From the NCBI GenBank assembly GCA_973895155.1, contig OZ316894.1, forward strand, positions 11,339,892 through 11,403,891: 64,000 bases of DNA, given 5' to 3'. This DNA comes from Marsupella aquatica (taxonomy: Eukaryota > Plantae > Marchantiophyta). The notes beneath the pieces are model-generated. The model saw only the letters and a program-made list of their open reading frames with translations. It had not been told where the DNA came from and searched no databases. Positions 26,620 to 39,335 of the stretch are shown in pieces. How positions within the stretch are numbered: the first letter of the stretch is position 1; each line of letters starts with the position of its first letter. The position numbers and the translations under genes were made by a program.

Positions 26620-26960
26620 ATAAGGGTTGGGGGGTTAAAAGTGCTGACATTGGAGGGTAAGAGGAGGGGTCTTATGTTACGGCTTTTGGGTTTGGCCTGG
26701 TTGGGGGGGAGTGTTATTTCAGAAGGTTGGGGCTTATATTGGAAGGTAAGAGGCGGGGATTTATATTTTGGCTTTTGGGTTTTGCCTGGTTGGGAGGGTT
26801 TTTATTTTATGAAGGTTGGGCTTAGATTGGAGGGTAATATGAGGTGTTTTATGTTTTGGGTTTGGCCAGGGGATTTCATTTTATGAATGTTTGGCTTATA
26901 TGTATTGGAGTAAGAGGAGGTGTTTTATATTTTGGCTTTTTGGGTTTAGGCCAACTTAGG
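26620..26960. repeat. Degenerate ~70-bp tandem repeat x~5 between the divergent CACTA genes
   Basis: Recurring GGTTGGGCTTA.ATTGGA.GGTAAGAGG..G...TTTATATTTTGGCTTTTGGGTTT. Confidence 0.7.
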
Positions 26961-27556
26961 AGGGAAAGACAGGTTCTATTTTCATGGACACTTGGCTTAA
27001 TTTTATGGTTACTTATGAGGGCAAGTTCTAAGAGGTTTTTATGCTAACAATTGAGGAGAAAACCCATGTAATCATGATACAGCCCAGGGACATCACTACT
27101 TCCTCAACTTTTGTCTAATGCATATGCATTGTGGAAACCCGGGTATCTAAAAGGTATAACATGTATGTAGTGTTGTTAGTGGAGATTTTTCATAAACCTT
27201 GCCATTTTTTGTTTTGCAAGAATATATAATTATATATGTGTAACTTATGTTTGGGGTTCCACAACTTGAGAGATGCTAATGACTATCCAAAACTTACATT
27301 TTGTTTCCAGTATTTTCCTTCTACTTCTAGATTTGGCTCATGTTCATTGAGCCACACGACCTATAGGCACTATTGAGCCCGGGTCTCATTCAGGTAATTC
27401 ACTAACCTAATTCAGGGCTTAGACCATTACAATTTTCCCAAGGGTGACAATGTGATATTTTTGTGCATGAAACTTTCCTTTGGGTTTCATGCTAAACAAA
27501 AAAGGGTTTTTGTAGTTTAGTTTTAGGATATTTTTTGGCCGAGAGGGATTCTAATC

Positions 27557-28740
27557 ATGCCCTACATGCAATGTAATGTGGCAGTGGATATGTCCTCCTC
27601 CTCTGAACTATCCAGTAGTGAGTACTCCTCCTCCGATGATGTACCCCCTCCTCCTCAACCTGAGGTTACCGGTCCTCGTGGTCCTCCCTGGAGACTTTGT
27701 GAGTGCACCAGATGTGTGGGCCAAATTTCTCAAAAATCTTATATGTGTGCTCAACATATTGAGAGGTATGGACGTCACAGGGGTCTTACTCCGGGGGCTT
27801 CTTCATCCCATATGGTACGTGGATTTCAATTGTTTGCCATTTTTTCCTCATATTTCATAAGTGAATCAATGTTTACACATATGTTTTTTGTGGGTTTTTG
27901 CATGGAATAGGGATCCAGTATGCGTAGACCGGTGACACCACCACCCTATGTCCCATCACAAGGAGTTTTAGATGCTATAGGCAATGCACTTTCACAAGCC
28001 TTGGGTGTAGGGATGAGTACCAATCATGGGACTAAAGAGGAACAGCCTCATGTGCCCACTGAGACAGGAAGACCCCGGTCCAGGTCCCAGTCCAAGAGGA
28101 GGCCACAAGCACCCAATGACCCATCAAGAACACTAGTTGAGGGTAGGTGGGGCATTTGTTCATTCACTAGCAAGTGTGCCTCTATCATCAAAGATTGGGA
28201 TCCTATGACTCTTGGCTTGCCTTATTTTCCCAGTTATGATGAGGAGATTGTGGTTTGGGGTAGACGTTGGATTGTGAAAGCTTCCACACTTGTAGAGAGA
28301 CACGGATATGGAGTATTTTCTTGTGAGGATATCATCATGGATGATGGGAGTGGGTCAAGTATTTGTGGTAGAGAGGGTCCTACTTTGCTCCCATACGGTG
28401 GACCCATCTACAAGAGAAGACACTGGAACATGATCCTTGCACAACATCCTGAGTGGAAAACATATGCCCTAGAGATGGATACTTTTCATGGTAGCACTAG
28501 AAGGTATAGTGAGCAGCGGGTGATAGACGTGATCCTGTACGTAATGGGAATATTGTTGGCTTTATAAATAGTACTGTGGGGACTCGACCCAAGCGTAGGG
28601 CCAATTGTCAGTGGGTTTTTACTGATGGCCCAATGCTGGCACCATATGAAACGACATATCATAAGGACCATTGCTTAGTTCTTGCCACTAGGACTATTAG
28701 AGCTGAAGATGAATTATTCACACACTATGAGTGGGATTAG
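27557..28740 (+). pseudogene. CACTA-encoded SET-domain protein (lysine methyltransferase-like) with an N-terminal transposase-associated Zn motif; one 1-bp frameshift
   Basis: Exon 1 27557-27814 (CECTRC..C..HI..YG), intron GTACGT..AATAG, exon 2 27911-28740. SET motifs: VKASTL..HGYGVF, LPYGG, ID[G]DPVRNGNIVGFINS, NCQW, LVLATRTIRAEDELFTHYEW*. Frameshift at ~28529. Confidence 0.8.
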
Positions 28741-28988
28741 GGAGCCATGTCATACATCCTCTTGTACCTTGTGTGGACTTCACACTTATCATTATATACA
28801 TGTCCTCTGGCCTCATTTTGGAGTAGTATAATTTTGGTGTGGCCCTTCACTTAAGTTCTTAATGTGAATGCATGCATTCAATCCTTAAAACTGATTGTTA
28901 ATTTGTGTTGAATGAATGGTCTGAAGTCTGTTTTTGTTGTACCTGGTGAAATATACATCAAGAGGTTTTTTGGTTGTGATTTGTGTAG

Positions 28989-31900
28989 AATGTGCAACCA
29001 TCTCAACAAATGTTACCACGAAGGTTGAGAGCAACATATCGGGAGATGGGCATGCCAGAAGAGGGAGAACCATCAGAGAGTGATTCCTCATCAAGTAATG
29101 ATGTAAATGATCATGGTGATGAGGAAGCAACACCTCAGACTGATGACCAGGTCATGCATGACCAGGACAGAGCCATGGATGACTTCATGGTTGATTGATT
29201 TGGTGCTGCTGTTGAAGATGGTGTCCCTGACATTAGTGTTGAAGAAGCTGCCCCCCAAAATGACCCATGACCACAACATACTCCAGAGGGACAACAACAA
29301 TGGAAGGAGGTTGAGGAACATGCCCGGACACCTATCTTTGAGGGTGCTCGGTTGAGTCATTTGTCAGCCATATTGGGGTTGTTGAACATTCAGGCCAAAC
29401 ATAAGGCAAGCAATTCTATGTTATCAGACATATTTGAATATTGTCATGACTTGATGTTACCCTTGGAGAATGTGTTGCCTGGAACTTGGAAGGATGCAAA
29501 GAAGATTCTCTCATCCATTGGCATGGATTACCATATCATTCATGTCTGTGTGAATGATTGCATATTATTTCATGGGGACAAAGCCCATATGACAGAATGC
29601 ACAGTATGTCATGAGCCACGGTATGACCCAAACATGCTAACTGGGAAGGCGCCAAGAAAAGCAGTTCGTTGGTTCCCCATCATTCTTCGCTTGTTGCACA
29701 TGTATAGATGTTCTGACTTGGCCGAGTTGATGGTATGGCACAAGAAGCATTGTTCGGAGCCCGGTGTGATACGATTACCAGTTGACTCTCCTGCTCATAA
29801 ACATGTGGAGTCAACATGGCCAATTTCCAGCCAGATTTTGAGCGTGACCCTCTACATGTGCAACTTGGGTTGGCATCAGATGGGGTTAGCCCTCATTCAC
29901 TTGGAGGGAAGGGGAGACCTACATCAGTTTGGCCAGTGGTTCTCATGAATAATTACAACCTTCCACCATGGTTGTCCATGAAAAAGGGCTTTTTATTGCT
30001 ATCTTTGATTATCCCAAGGCGAAAGAAGGTGACGAACATGGACACCTATTTGGCATTAGTGGTTGAGGAACTCCAAAAATTATGGGATGGAATATGGGCA
30101 TATGACAGTCGAAAGACTACAGGGGGTACCCCACGGGTTTTTAAACTAAAAGGGGTTTGTATGTGGACCATGCATGACTACCCAAGTAAGAACTATGAAA
30201 CTACAACACTTTTTTGTTTACATCCAACATGATATGATATGGATGTTATCCCCTCATTTCCATGTGCTAATTCTACATTATGTGTGTCTATATGACCAGG
30301 ATTTGGCTTTGTGAGTGGGTTGCAAACCCAAGGCTACAAGGCTTGCTCCACTTGTGGCCCAAGTCTTGGTGATATAGCCAAGTACTCATCACACCTTCAC
30401 AAGATTGTTTATCTTGGGCATACAAAGTTTCTGCCAATGGGCCATCAGATGAGGTTTGACCCACTACTATTTTCCTCCATTGATATGCCCTTTGTTGATG
30501 AGCGTGATATACCAAAGCCAACAAATTTTGCACATTGGAAAGACTTGGCTGATAGTGGCAAACCCGAAGGATCCCATGCAATTTGAGGGTAGCGGGTTGA
30601 CTAGATGGAGTATATTAACCACTTTGCCTTATTGGGGAGAGTTGAAGATCCGCCATCTATTAGACCCCATGCACATTGAGGGAAATGTGGGAAAGGCTTT
30701 GATAAAGGCTTTCTATGGAGAAAAGGACACTAACTTCAGGGAGGCTTGTGAGTATCTTGAGATGCATCGAGATGTATGGGTCACAATTGATCCTATCACA
30801 TGGATAGAACATCGACCTTCAGCCCCATGGGTGCTTCCTGTTGGCCAGAGAAGGGAGTTTAGGAATCGTATAGGAGGCATATGGTTTCCTACTGGTTATG
30901 GTGCCAATCTCTGGAAGGCCTTTCGGATGGAGGACAATCATAAGTGGCCAATGTATCTCAAGACGCATGACTATCATCGGTTATTGCAGCATATATTGCC
31001 CATGGCCATAATAGGTTTGGCAAGTTCAGAAGTGCAAGATGCCATTTGGTCATTGGGAAAACTATTGAGATGGGTATGTTCTAAGGAGATGTACTGTGAA
31101 GAGATCCCTGGAATGGAGGTACTGGCAGCAGAGGTGGTATGCAAGTTAGAAAAGGCCCTTCCTCCTTCCTTTTTTGATTGCCAAGTGCATTTACTCGTTC
31201 ATCTTGTTCATGAGGTGGCCATTGCTGGTCCTGTGCATTGTCGGTGGATGTATTGGTTGGAACGATACATGGCAGTATTAAAGGGTTATGTATGTAACCG
31301 GGCACGGGTTGAGGGAAGCATGGCTACAGGATACTTGGCAGTAGAGAGTATGTTCTATTGCAGTAACATATTGGCCACAATTGATTGTACCTCTCCCCGT
31401 ACTTGGGTAGAGGCTCCAGAGGGAAGATGAGGAGGATCGTTTAACAGGTGCTATCAAAACCCGCATGTTGACACCAGTGGAGTTGAAACAACTAACCACA
31501 TTCATGTTGAGTAACAACACTATCATGGAAGAATGAAGGGATTTCTATGAGGATGCCAAAAGTACTAGTAGAAGACCAAGGATCTTTCCAACGTACCATG
31601 ACTACATGAAGGAGAAGTTGGTTGAGGTGGATGACATGGTAGCGAGGGGAGAGAATGTATTACATTTTCCAGCTATCACAGATGACGTCCGTACCATTAT
31701 TCATGGTCCCTTGAGAATGGTTACAACAAGGACGGCAATGTGGACACAAGGGCGGGCACAAGGGAGACATTTCAGGTTATTTCCAAGTACCTTAGTAACC
31801 TTTCATCTATGGTGATTTTAATTTATGTGTAATACAAACACATATATTGAAGAGACAATTTTTTGGCATGTGATATTAATTGTTATATATTTATGCCTAT

Positions 31901-32425
31901 TTTTGTAACATGTCCTTATGGTTTGATGGATTTTAGGGTTTCTTCCCTTGATGAGAAGAGGGGTCGTACCTTTGATTGTGGGTTTCAAGGACAATTCTCT
32001 TAAGATTCCCGCAACAATCCCCATGACACAAATATTATTCGAGATATTGTGCCACATTATGGAAAGATAGAGGAGATCCTAGTGATATCTTATGATGCAC
32101 AATCAAAGTTTGAAGAGTATGTCTTCAAGTGCAAGTGGTTTCAAAGTGAACCTTGTAGGTAACAATCCCACCGTGCTTCAAGATGAGTGTGGATTTACAC
32201 GGCTAAAGACATCTGCCACTAGTTTCCAGCCATCTCATTGGCAAACATCAGAGCTGTTCACTTTTCCAAGTCATGTGGAATAATGTTTCTATATTCCATA
32301 CCCCCCAAACCCAGAGGAATGGTCACTTGTCATCACATATGTGCCACAATCTCATTCAGTTGTTGGGGAAAAGCCAGATATTCTGGTTGTGTCCCAACCT
32401 GAAGAGAATGAGGACCAAGTTTGAG
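28989..32425 (+). pseudogene. CACTA TnpD/Tnp2 transposase (Transposase_21, DUF4218-like, DUF4216-like), decayed
   Basis: ARTPIFEG..LSHLS, IHVCVNDCILF, LGLASDG, WPVVL..YNLPPW, TMHDYP, LDPMHIEGNV, LKTHDYH, VHLLVHL..E...GPVHCRWMYWLERY, DECGF. Several frameshifts (~29198, ~29820, ~30570, ~31425) and in-frame stops. Confidence 0.92.
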
Positions 32426-32689
32426 GGGTATATGTTATGTGGATATATAGTTAGATTTGAACATATGAGGATCTCTCTTCTTGGTTGGAGAAATATGTGT
32501 TTCTAAATTATTAATAAATTTATGTTTGCCCAAATCAATCTTGTAAGTATATCAATTTTAAATGTGACTTGTTTACATCTTCCATCCCCACGGTCCCATG
32601 TACACTCCCACACCTTTTGGTACACTTTATGAAAAGAAAACTCATGTCGCTTGTAGTCATTCCTCCTCGTAGCTTTCCTTCTCCCACCC

Positions 32690-33145
32690 CCTAGCCTTTC
32701 TCTCTAGTACTTGTACCCACCTCCCTCCTCCCCTTGTCTCAACCCCTTTCTTTTTAAAACCTATACATTCCCTCAATTGTTTTCCACCTTTCACTGTCCC
32801 CAACCTATGCTCCTCCCTCCTTGGCTTGTCCCCCTCCTAAACCTATACCTTCGACCCTCCCTCTCTCCTCCCTCCTTTCCTTTTCCCTCCCTAAACTGTA
32901 GGTAGGTACGCTCCCTCCTCCCTCATTTCCTTGTGCACCCTAAACCTCCCTCCTCCCTTCGTTCCTTGTCCGCCCTTAAGTCAACCCTTCCTCCTCCTTT
33001 TCTTCCTAAAGTGTACCTCCCTAAAACTGTTTGTACCTCCTCCGGGCTCCTCCCTCCTCCGGGCTCCTCCCTCCTCCGGGCTCCTCCCTCCTCTCTCCTC
33101 TCTCCTTGACCCTCCTTCCTCCATTCCTTGTCCCATGCCCTTTCT
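32690..33145. repeat. CT-rich low-complexity tract inside the CACTA right arm
   Basis: CCTCCTCC runs and (CTCCTCCGGGCTCCTCC) repeats. Confidence 0.7.
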
Positions 33146-36100
33146 AAATCTGACAAACCCCAAAACCAATTTTCCAAACCATTTTGCGAACCCCCACCCA
33201 TCTCAACCTCATGGCTAAATTAGCGATTCCCATCTCATCGCTAGATCCCATCCCAATAACATCGCTACATTCCGAAACAACGCGCATCTCAACTTTCCGA
33301 AACTAAAACCTTCTCTAAAAAGAACCACTGAGGCACCATGATTTTGCGAGCCACCCCATATTGCAATGTGGCAATTCCCTAAGTTTTGCTGTATTGCGAT
33401 CAATTTTGCTTCGCACGCCGCTTTCCGACCACATAAGTATCGCACTGTTATCGATTCATTCGGCGTCGCAACTTGTTTGCAAAACGGTAAACATCGCTAT
33501 TACATAGAATGCTCAAAGGTTCAGAAACATTTTGCGAGATGTTTGATTTCGCAAATATTTGCGAAGAGGTTTGTGTCGCAAACAGTGGTTGCGATGGTTT
33601 TAGTTTCGCAGTTTGTTTGCATCGCAAGATGAGCGATGAACGGTGCTTCGCGGTGTGTTAATCCCCTTGTAAATGACCTTCGCAAAAATGGCAAATATGT
33701 AGTAGTGTATCTTGTAGTGATAAAATGTCACATTAAAGAATGTCCACTTCAAGTAGATCCCCCTCTATGCCAAAGATGCACAATGACATCAAAATCTCCA
33801 ACATTGATATCCCTAAGTGTACCTCACACCACTACAATGTCATCTAGATTGCATGCAAACTCTAACGAAAAGAGACTGAGCTTCCCAATAAACCCCAATA
33901 CAATAGATTCCCCCAAACCACATGACCAATAAAAAGCATCATGACAGAATCTGAAACAATGAACATTTGGACCAAGTTATGTGAGGACAATTCAATAATG
34001 AACATCTGAAGACATAACACGTATTGTCTTCACATCATTTCTGAAATCCTTGATCATTGCCGTCATGGCACGGCCGACCCTAAATCAAGCATTTGACGGT
34101 TTGGTTAAGTCGCTTGCACCCACGGACAGGTTCAGGTAGACTGCAATTACAGTACATGGCATGTCATGAACCATAAACTATCAAAGGGGGTTGATTGGGT
34201 AACAAACATACTTTGGGGGGTCGATTGGGGCAAATTTGAACATAGGGGGTTGATTAAACCGGAAACAGTCCAAAGGGGGTTGATTAAGCATATACCTCCT
34301 TCTAAATAGCTTCCACAAATTAGACTTGTCACCTTATGTATTGGTCTGGCTTTTCTTAACTACTGTTGTTTAGGGTTGGCCACATTCCTTGCAATATGTG
34401 TGCTCTTGTAGATAATTTGTGTGTCGCTCCTCACTCAATTTGCCTGTCTGATTTTTAAGTCTTCTTATCCATGTTTGACCGAATCTCTCTAGCCAACTTG
34501 CATATCTGATTTTTATGTCTTCTTGTCCATGTTTGACCAGATATTAACTCTCTTGACTACGATTCACTACAACTACAGTAGTATGCTATGCTCTTTCCGA
34601 AAAATATGCTGTGGTTTAGGGATTGCAGTTACGGTGTGCCATGTGCACCTCACTGTGGTGATAGTTTTAATCAATGATTGTAACTGTAGTGCTGTGTGTG
34701 TGAGTTGTGGGGGGAGGCAAAAGGCCACGGCACAAAGCCCAATACTTTAAAAGAGGCAAACGTCAAAAAGCGACTGTAGTGCTTTTATATATTGCAAAAA
34801 AGAATTAGTGCAAACCATAATGCCGTGTCTCATTTAGAAAACCTTATATGGTTGCTCCAACTTTAAGCAACCTTATGGTATTAAAAAGCTTTTAGAATTA
34901 TTGCATCCAGATAAACCAGAAATAGCAATTTTCTTCAAGATAACGAAAGGTGCGAGGATAGGGAAAAAGAAAGTGTGTGACTTGTCTTTTAGTGGTTTGG
35001 GCTAAAACAAATGTTGATGTTAAGAAGAATAATAAATCATTCCTCTTAGAGTCATGAACCACCTTAAAGCAAAAATTAACTTGGTACCTGTGCCCCCTCA
35101 AAAAGATTATGATATTAAGAAGAGTAATCAATCGTTCCCTTTAGAGTCAGGGATGGATTTTTATGTACAACCATAAAGCAAGTTTTGAGTGACTTGGTAC
35201 CTGTGCCCTCTCGTCACTTTGCTTCACAAAGAGTTGGGCTCACTTTTAAAGCCCTCCTCACATGTCATTTTTCTATTAGACAAGTGTTCAGCCTCTAAAC
35301 GATTATGAATATTTTCAAAATAGTTGTGGGCCTTTCATGATGTACTTCTCACATAATGACTTCAGTTACGGAGACATAAGTTACTCAAAACCATAAAGTT
35401 AGGAAACAAAATTGTGAAGATTAGTCAAAAGTGGAGGGTTGGCACTGTTGTGAAGCCTTTCTCTTTCACCCTCTATAGTACAAAGAGATAGTGGGGTATC
35501 TCTCAGACGTGTACTAAATGTCAGCTAAATAGTACTTGTGAACAAGGGTATATAAAATAAATATAAGGCTAAGGAGGGTTCTAGGAGAAGAAAGAAAATT
35601 AAAGCATTACTAGGGGGCAAACACAATTTTCAAGTCAAATACAAAACAAAAATCTCAATGAGAGAGAGTAACCTGAGTAGAGTCTTGAACAAGGTATCAC
35701 CTGATAAATCGAGGCCAAAGCCAGAGAACGGAGCCAACCCACAATAGGACCTCATCTTGAAGGAAGCACAGGACTACCAAGATACATAGGGCAGTACAAA
35801 GCATCCATAGCCACTTTGGCCTAGTTGCCAGCTCAGCTGGCAAGGCCTACCTCTGACCAGCTAATGTCAAGTTCAATTGATACGCAACACTACAGCTCTT
35901 GTGTTGACACACCTTTGGTGTGGCAGTGGGTTCCAGTATACAACTTACATGAGTTGTGCTCCAAACCCTGTCATGGGGATTTGGAGTGTTATGCATCTGC
36001 GTTTCTTTTAGTATTGTCTGTGAAAAATTAGAACAACAGGAAAATAGAAAATGGGGTTTTCCCCCTACAGGCAAGCCTGTTTTGTGTCTCATGAGTGGCT

Positions 36101-38977
36101 TATCCTAAAAAGAGTTTTAAAAAGCAGCGTATATGGGGCACATGCCAATGACAGGGATATTGCAAGGCTGCCTGTCTATTGCACAGTTCAATGCCTGTCT
36201 ATTGCACAGTATTGTTGATAGTAAGTGATGTTGAAATAGTGTTGACAAGCATATTAAGTGAGATGGCCATGTAGTAGGACATTGCAAGGAGTTGGCCAGT
36301 TGCCCTGGCAATTGGATTTCAAGGAGTAGGCGTGCGGGAAGAGTGATAACCTGGGCGTGGAAAAGTTAGTACACATTAGCAACTTCAGGCTCATCTCATG
36401 ATTTGAGTTGTCATCTTTGTATGATTGCGATAATATGCTCCCAATTTTTAATGTTTCTCAAATTCTTGCTGGGGCACCATAGAAACCCACCTGATTTTGT
36501 ACAGTAGATAAAATTTCTAAGCATGACCTTTAACAACTAAACATCATCCATATAGCACTAATTCCAAAAGCAAGGCCACTAGCTACAGCAGTTATGGACC
36601 CTCACAGGGAAGCTCATTTCAAAATCCTTGGCAGCACTTGCTGCCATGTACAATGAGCTCTATTGATCACAAACAAGAAAGGCTAGCTGTGCAAGAAGAA
36701 CACGGAGAAGAACCAACCCTAAAGATTTGTGTTTGAGGCAAGGCACATAAATGCATTTAGACTTGTAACAGTCAAAACAATGGAAACCAAAACATAACCC
36801 TTCAAAGAAACAACGAAGGGGTAAAAAAAATTTAAAAATTGGATGGGTTATGATTGATATTTGAGTGCTTTCCACTAATGTATTTGAAGTTTCTATTTGA
36901 TTCAAATTTTTTTGAAGTAGCCATGCCTTTGACTACTATAATATTTTGCATGGACCATATGGATAGAGGAGTATCAAGGGAATGTAAGAAACCTTTCGGC
37001 TACTATGGACAGAGGAACACCAAGGGAATGTCACAAACCCTTTGGCTACTTGAGCATTTTGCATGGATAGTACTGAAATGTTACTTGGATTGTATGGACA
37101 TAGAAGTACCAAGGGAATGTTTTGCATGGTTCTACTTCTACCGTGAATAATCTCCTCTTTGTCTTTAAAGAAATTGAATGTGTCATTTCTAACTTGAAAC
37201 CCAGTTCATTTAGAATGCTCCATAATGAAATATTTGTCTTCTAATCTTCATATTCAGAACTTTTCGAACATGCAACTCTTGATTACTCCAACTTGTTCAA
37301 TCCTGTGTTGACTAACATCAAGCCTACATCACCAAGGGGTACTCAAACTAATTACTTCAGTAATGCCAAGCCCAAAGGGATAAATATTATCTTGGACTAC
37401 TTTGACAACCCTGTTGCAAAGTGTTACCATGTAACATTGATTTGTACAACAATATAAACCTTACCTTTGAATTTGGCAGATTGGATTGATTTATTGAAGA
37501 GCTTCTGGATCCCCATTTAAGCTGAAAGTTTTTCTTTATAGGCTCTGATGTCCAATCTATTGCCTGACAAAGTTTGAGACTTTTTTGAAATCATTTGCTT
37601 CATTTCCAATGAACACAAAGATGGTCTAATATTCTAAATCATGATCTCACTTTACACTTAAAAATTTTCATGTGGGGCAACCGTAAATGGGTGTTCCTGA
37701 GTATGGCATGACATCTTTCAGGTTAGAGGTTGGCAAGTGGTCAAGCTACCCAGGAGACCAGTTTGTTAATGTAACTGAAAGCGGCTGCAAACCGTTAGGA
37801 CACCGTTACAGGTTGCATTTCAATCAAAAGTGTAAACAATCTTATTTTAGTCAATTAAATGTTCTGAGCAAGTCCATCCAAGTTTTGCTAATCCATCTGG
37901 GCTTCATAGACAAAGTGGAGGTCCATCCGAGTTTTAGTTTCAGTGTACACTACTCTAAGTATATTCATTATCCCCATCAATATAAACGGAAGAGGTTTTT
38001 CAGCATCTCACAACCCATCTTGAACATCTAGAACTGAATGATTGGTTGAAATCCATGGGATAGCCATGAGCCATTCCCATAAGCACTGAACTCCTGGGAG
38101 CCATAGTACCAAAAAATTAAATGCAGCACTGAGAGAATTTTCTGGACAGCACTCAGCATTAATGCAGAAGCAGGAGCAAAATCGATAGCACTTCAAGCCG
38201 CCATTGGGAGATATAAGTTGTTAATTACTGAAAATTATATTTGTAACAGGTGACAAGAGTGGATGCTAATATAAATTCAAAGATGGGCAAACAAAATTCC
38301 CCAAAATATAGCCTACAGGGTTTTAGTACTAAGTTGGCTGCAAAACTAGCAGAATATATTCAATGAGGTATTCCTCAAATAAATTGGGCCCAGTTACTCA
38401 CATTTTGTAAGTGGGTTAGTATTAGCTCAACTTCATGTAATTGGCTTGGGACTTCCAATGCCACACGGTGAGTCACCATTGGCTACGGGTTAACCTGCCT
38501 CTCTCTCCCTTTTCCCTGGTGCTGCTGGTTGGAGGTGAAGGAAGAGTTTGCACTGCCTGTCAAGGATCTACTAGTTACATGCTGGAAAGTTACATGGTCA
38601 CACTTGAGCTATTGGATAAGATCCCAACCAGTTTATTTGTACCAATGTCCATTTTCAAATGCTTGTGACCTCATTTTGGACCCAACACCCTGGCAAAATT
38701 CCCAAAATAAAAGTCAAGGGCTACTGAGGACTAAATTAAGGAGGAAGGTCAAATAATGTGGTTATATTCATCCAATCAAGGTTTTGGAAAGGCCATGTGC
38801 AAGCACCACAAGGGTACTTTTAATCAATTTGACTGATTACGATTGATTTTTTTATAATTAGTACTGATACCAAGGGGAAGTTTTCAGGGAAAAAGACATG
38901 ACAAGGGGTAAAAATGAGAGGTGGTCTGTTCACAAGTAGGTTTCATTTGTTTACATATTGTGAGGGCCCAGAAAGCT

Positions 38978-39335
38978 ACTGTTAACCTAGGATGTGGTTA
39001 CATGCGTATGGGCAAATTAATAACGAGTTGATAAGGGAAAGAGATTAGTGAGAGAGTAAGTTGTTGTTTAACCTAAGAAGTGGTTAGATAAGTATGGGCA
39101 AATTAATAATGAGTGGACGAGAGGGAGAGTAAACTGTTGTTAACATAGGACTTGGTTAGATGAGAAAATTAACAATGTGGAGTCTATGCTATTGTTAACC
39201 TAAGATGTGGTTAGATGAGTCTCAACAAATTGACACTTATTGGTTGAGACTAAGTTGTTGATAACAGTGGACATGGTTAGATAAATGGGGGAAAATTGAA
39301 AATGATTGGATAGGAGAAAGTCAGACTAAACTGCA
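38978..39335. repeat. Degenerate 60-80-bp tandem repeat x~5
   Basis: Recurring TGTTAACCTA.GATGTGGTTAGAT...G.AAATTAA.AATG. Confidence 0.65.

Larger units (their letters stand above)
23454..33707 (+). mobile_element. Full-length CACTA (En/Spm) transposon, 10,254 bp
   Basis: Begins CACTATAACA..TTTTGCGAA and ends TTCGCAAAAA..TGTAGTAGTG. 3-bp TSD TAT at 23451-23453 and 33708-33710. TTGCGA/TCGCAA subterminal repeats and an internal TnpD transposase. Confidence 0.93.
22606..34297. mobile_element. Older non-autonomous TIR element (MULE-like ends) into which the CACTA inserted
   Basis: 22606-22680 (TGCTTAATTGACCCCCTATGGACTGTTTC...TGCCCCAATCGACCCCC) is similar to the reverse complement of 34211-34290. 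No TSD recognised. Confidence 0.6.

Noticed and set aside
32711-33218. Pro-rich and Gly/Arg-rich ORFs
   Set aside because: Translations of the CT-rich low-complexity tract.
34565-34781. Mini-CACTA (CACTACA...TGTAGTG)
   Set aside because: Flanks ATT/CTT are not a TSD and there are no subterminal repeats.
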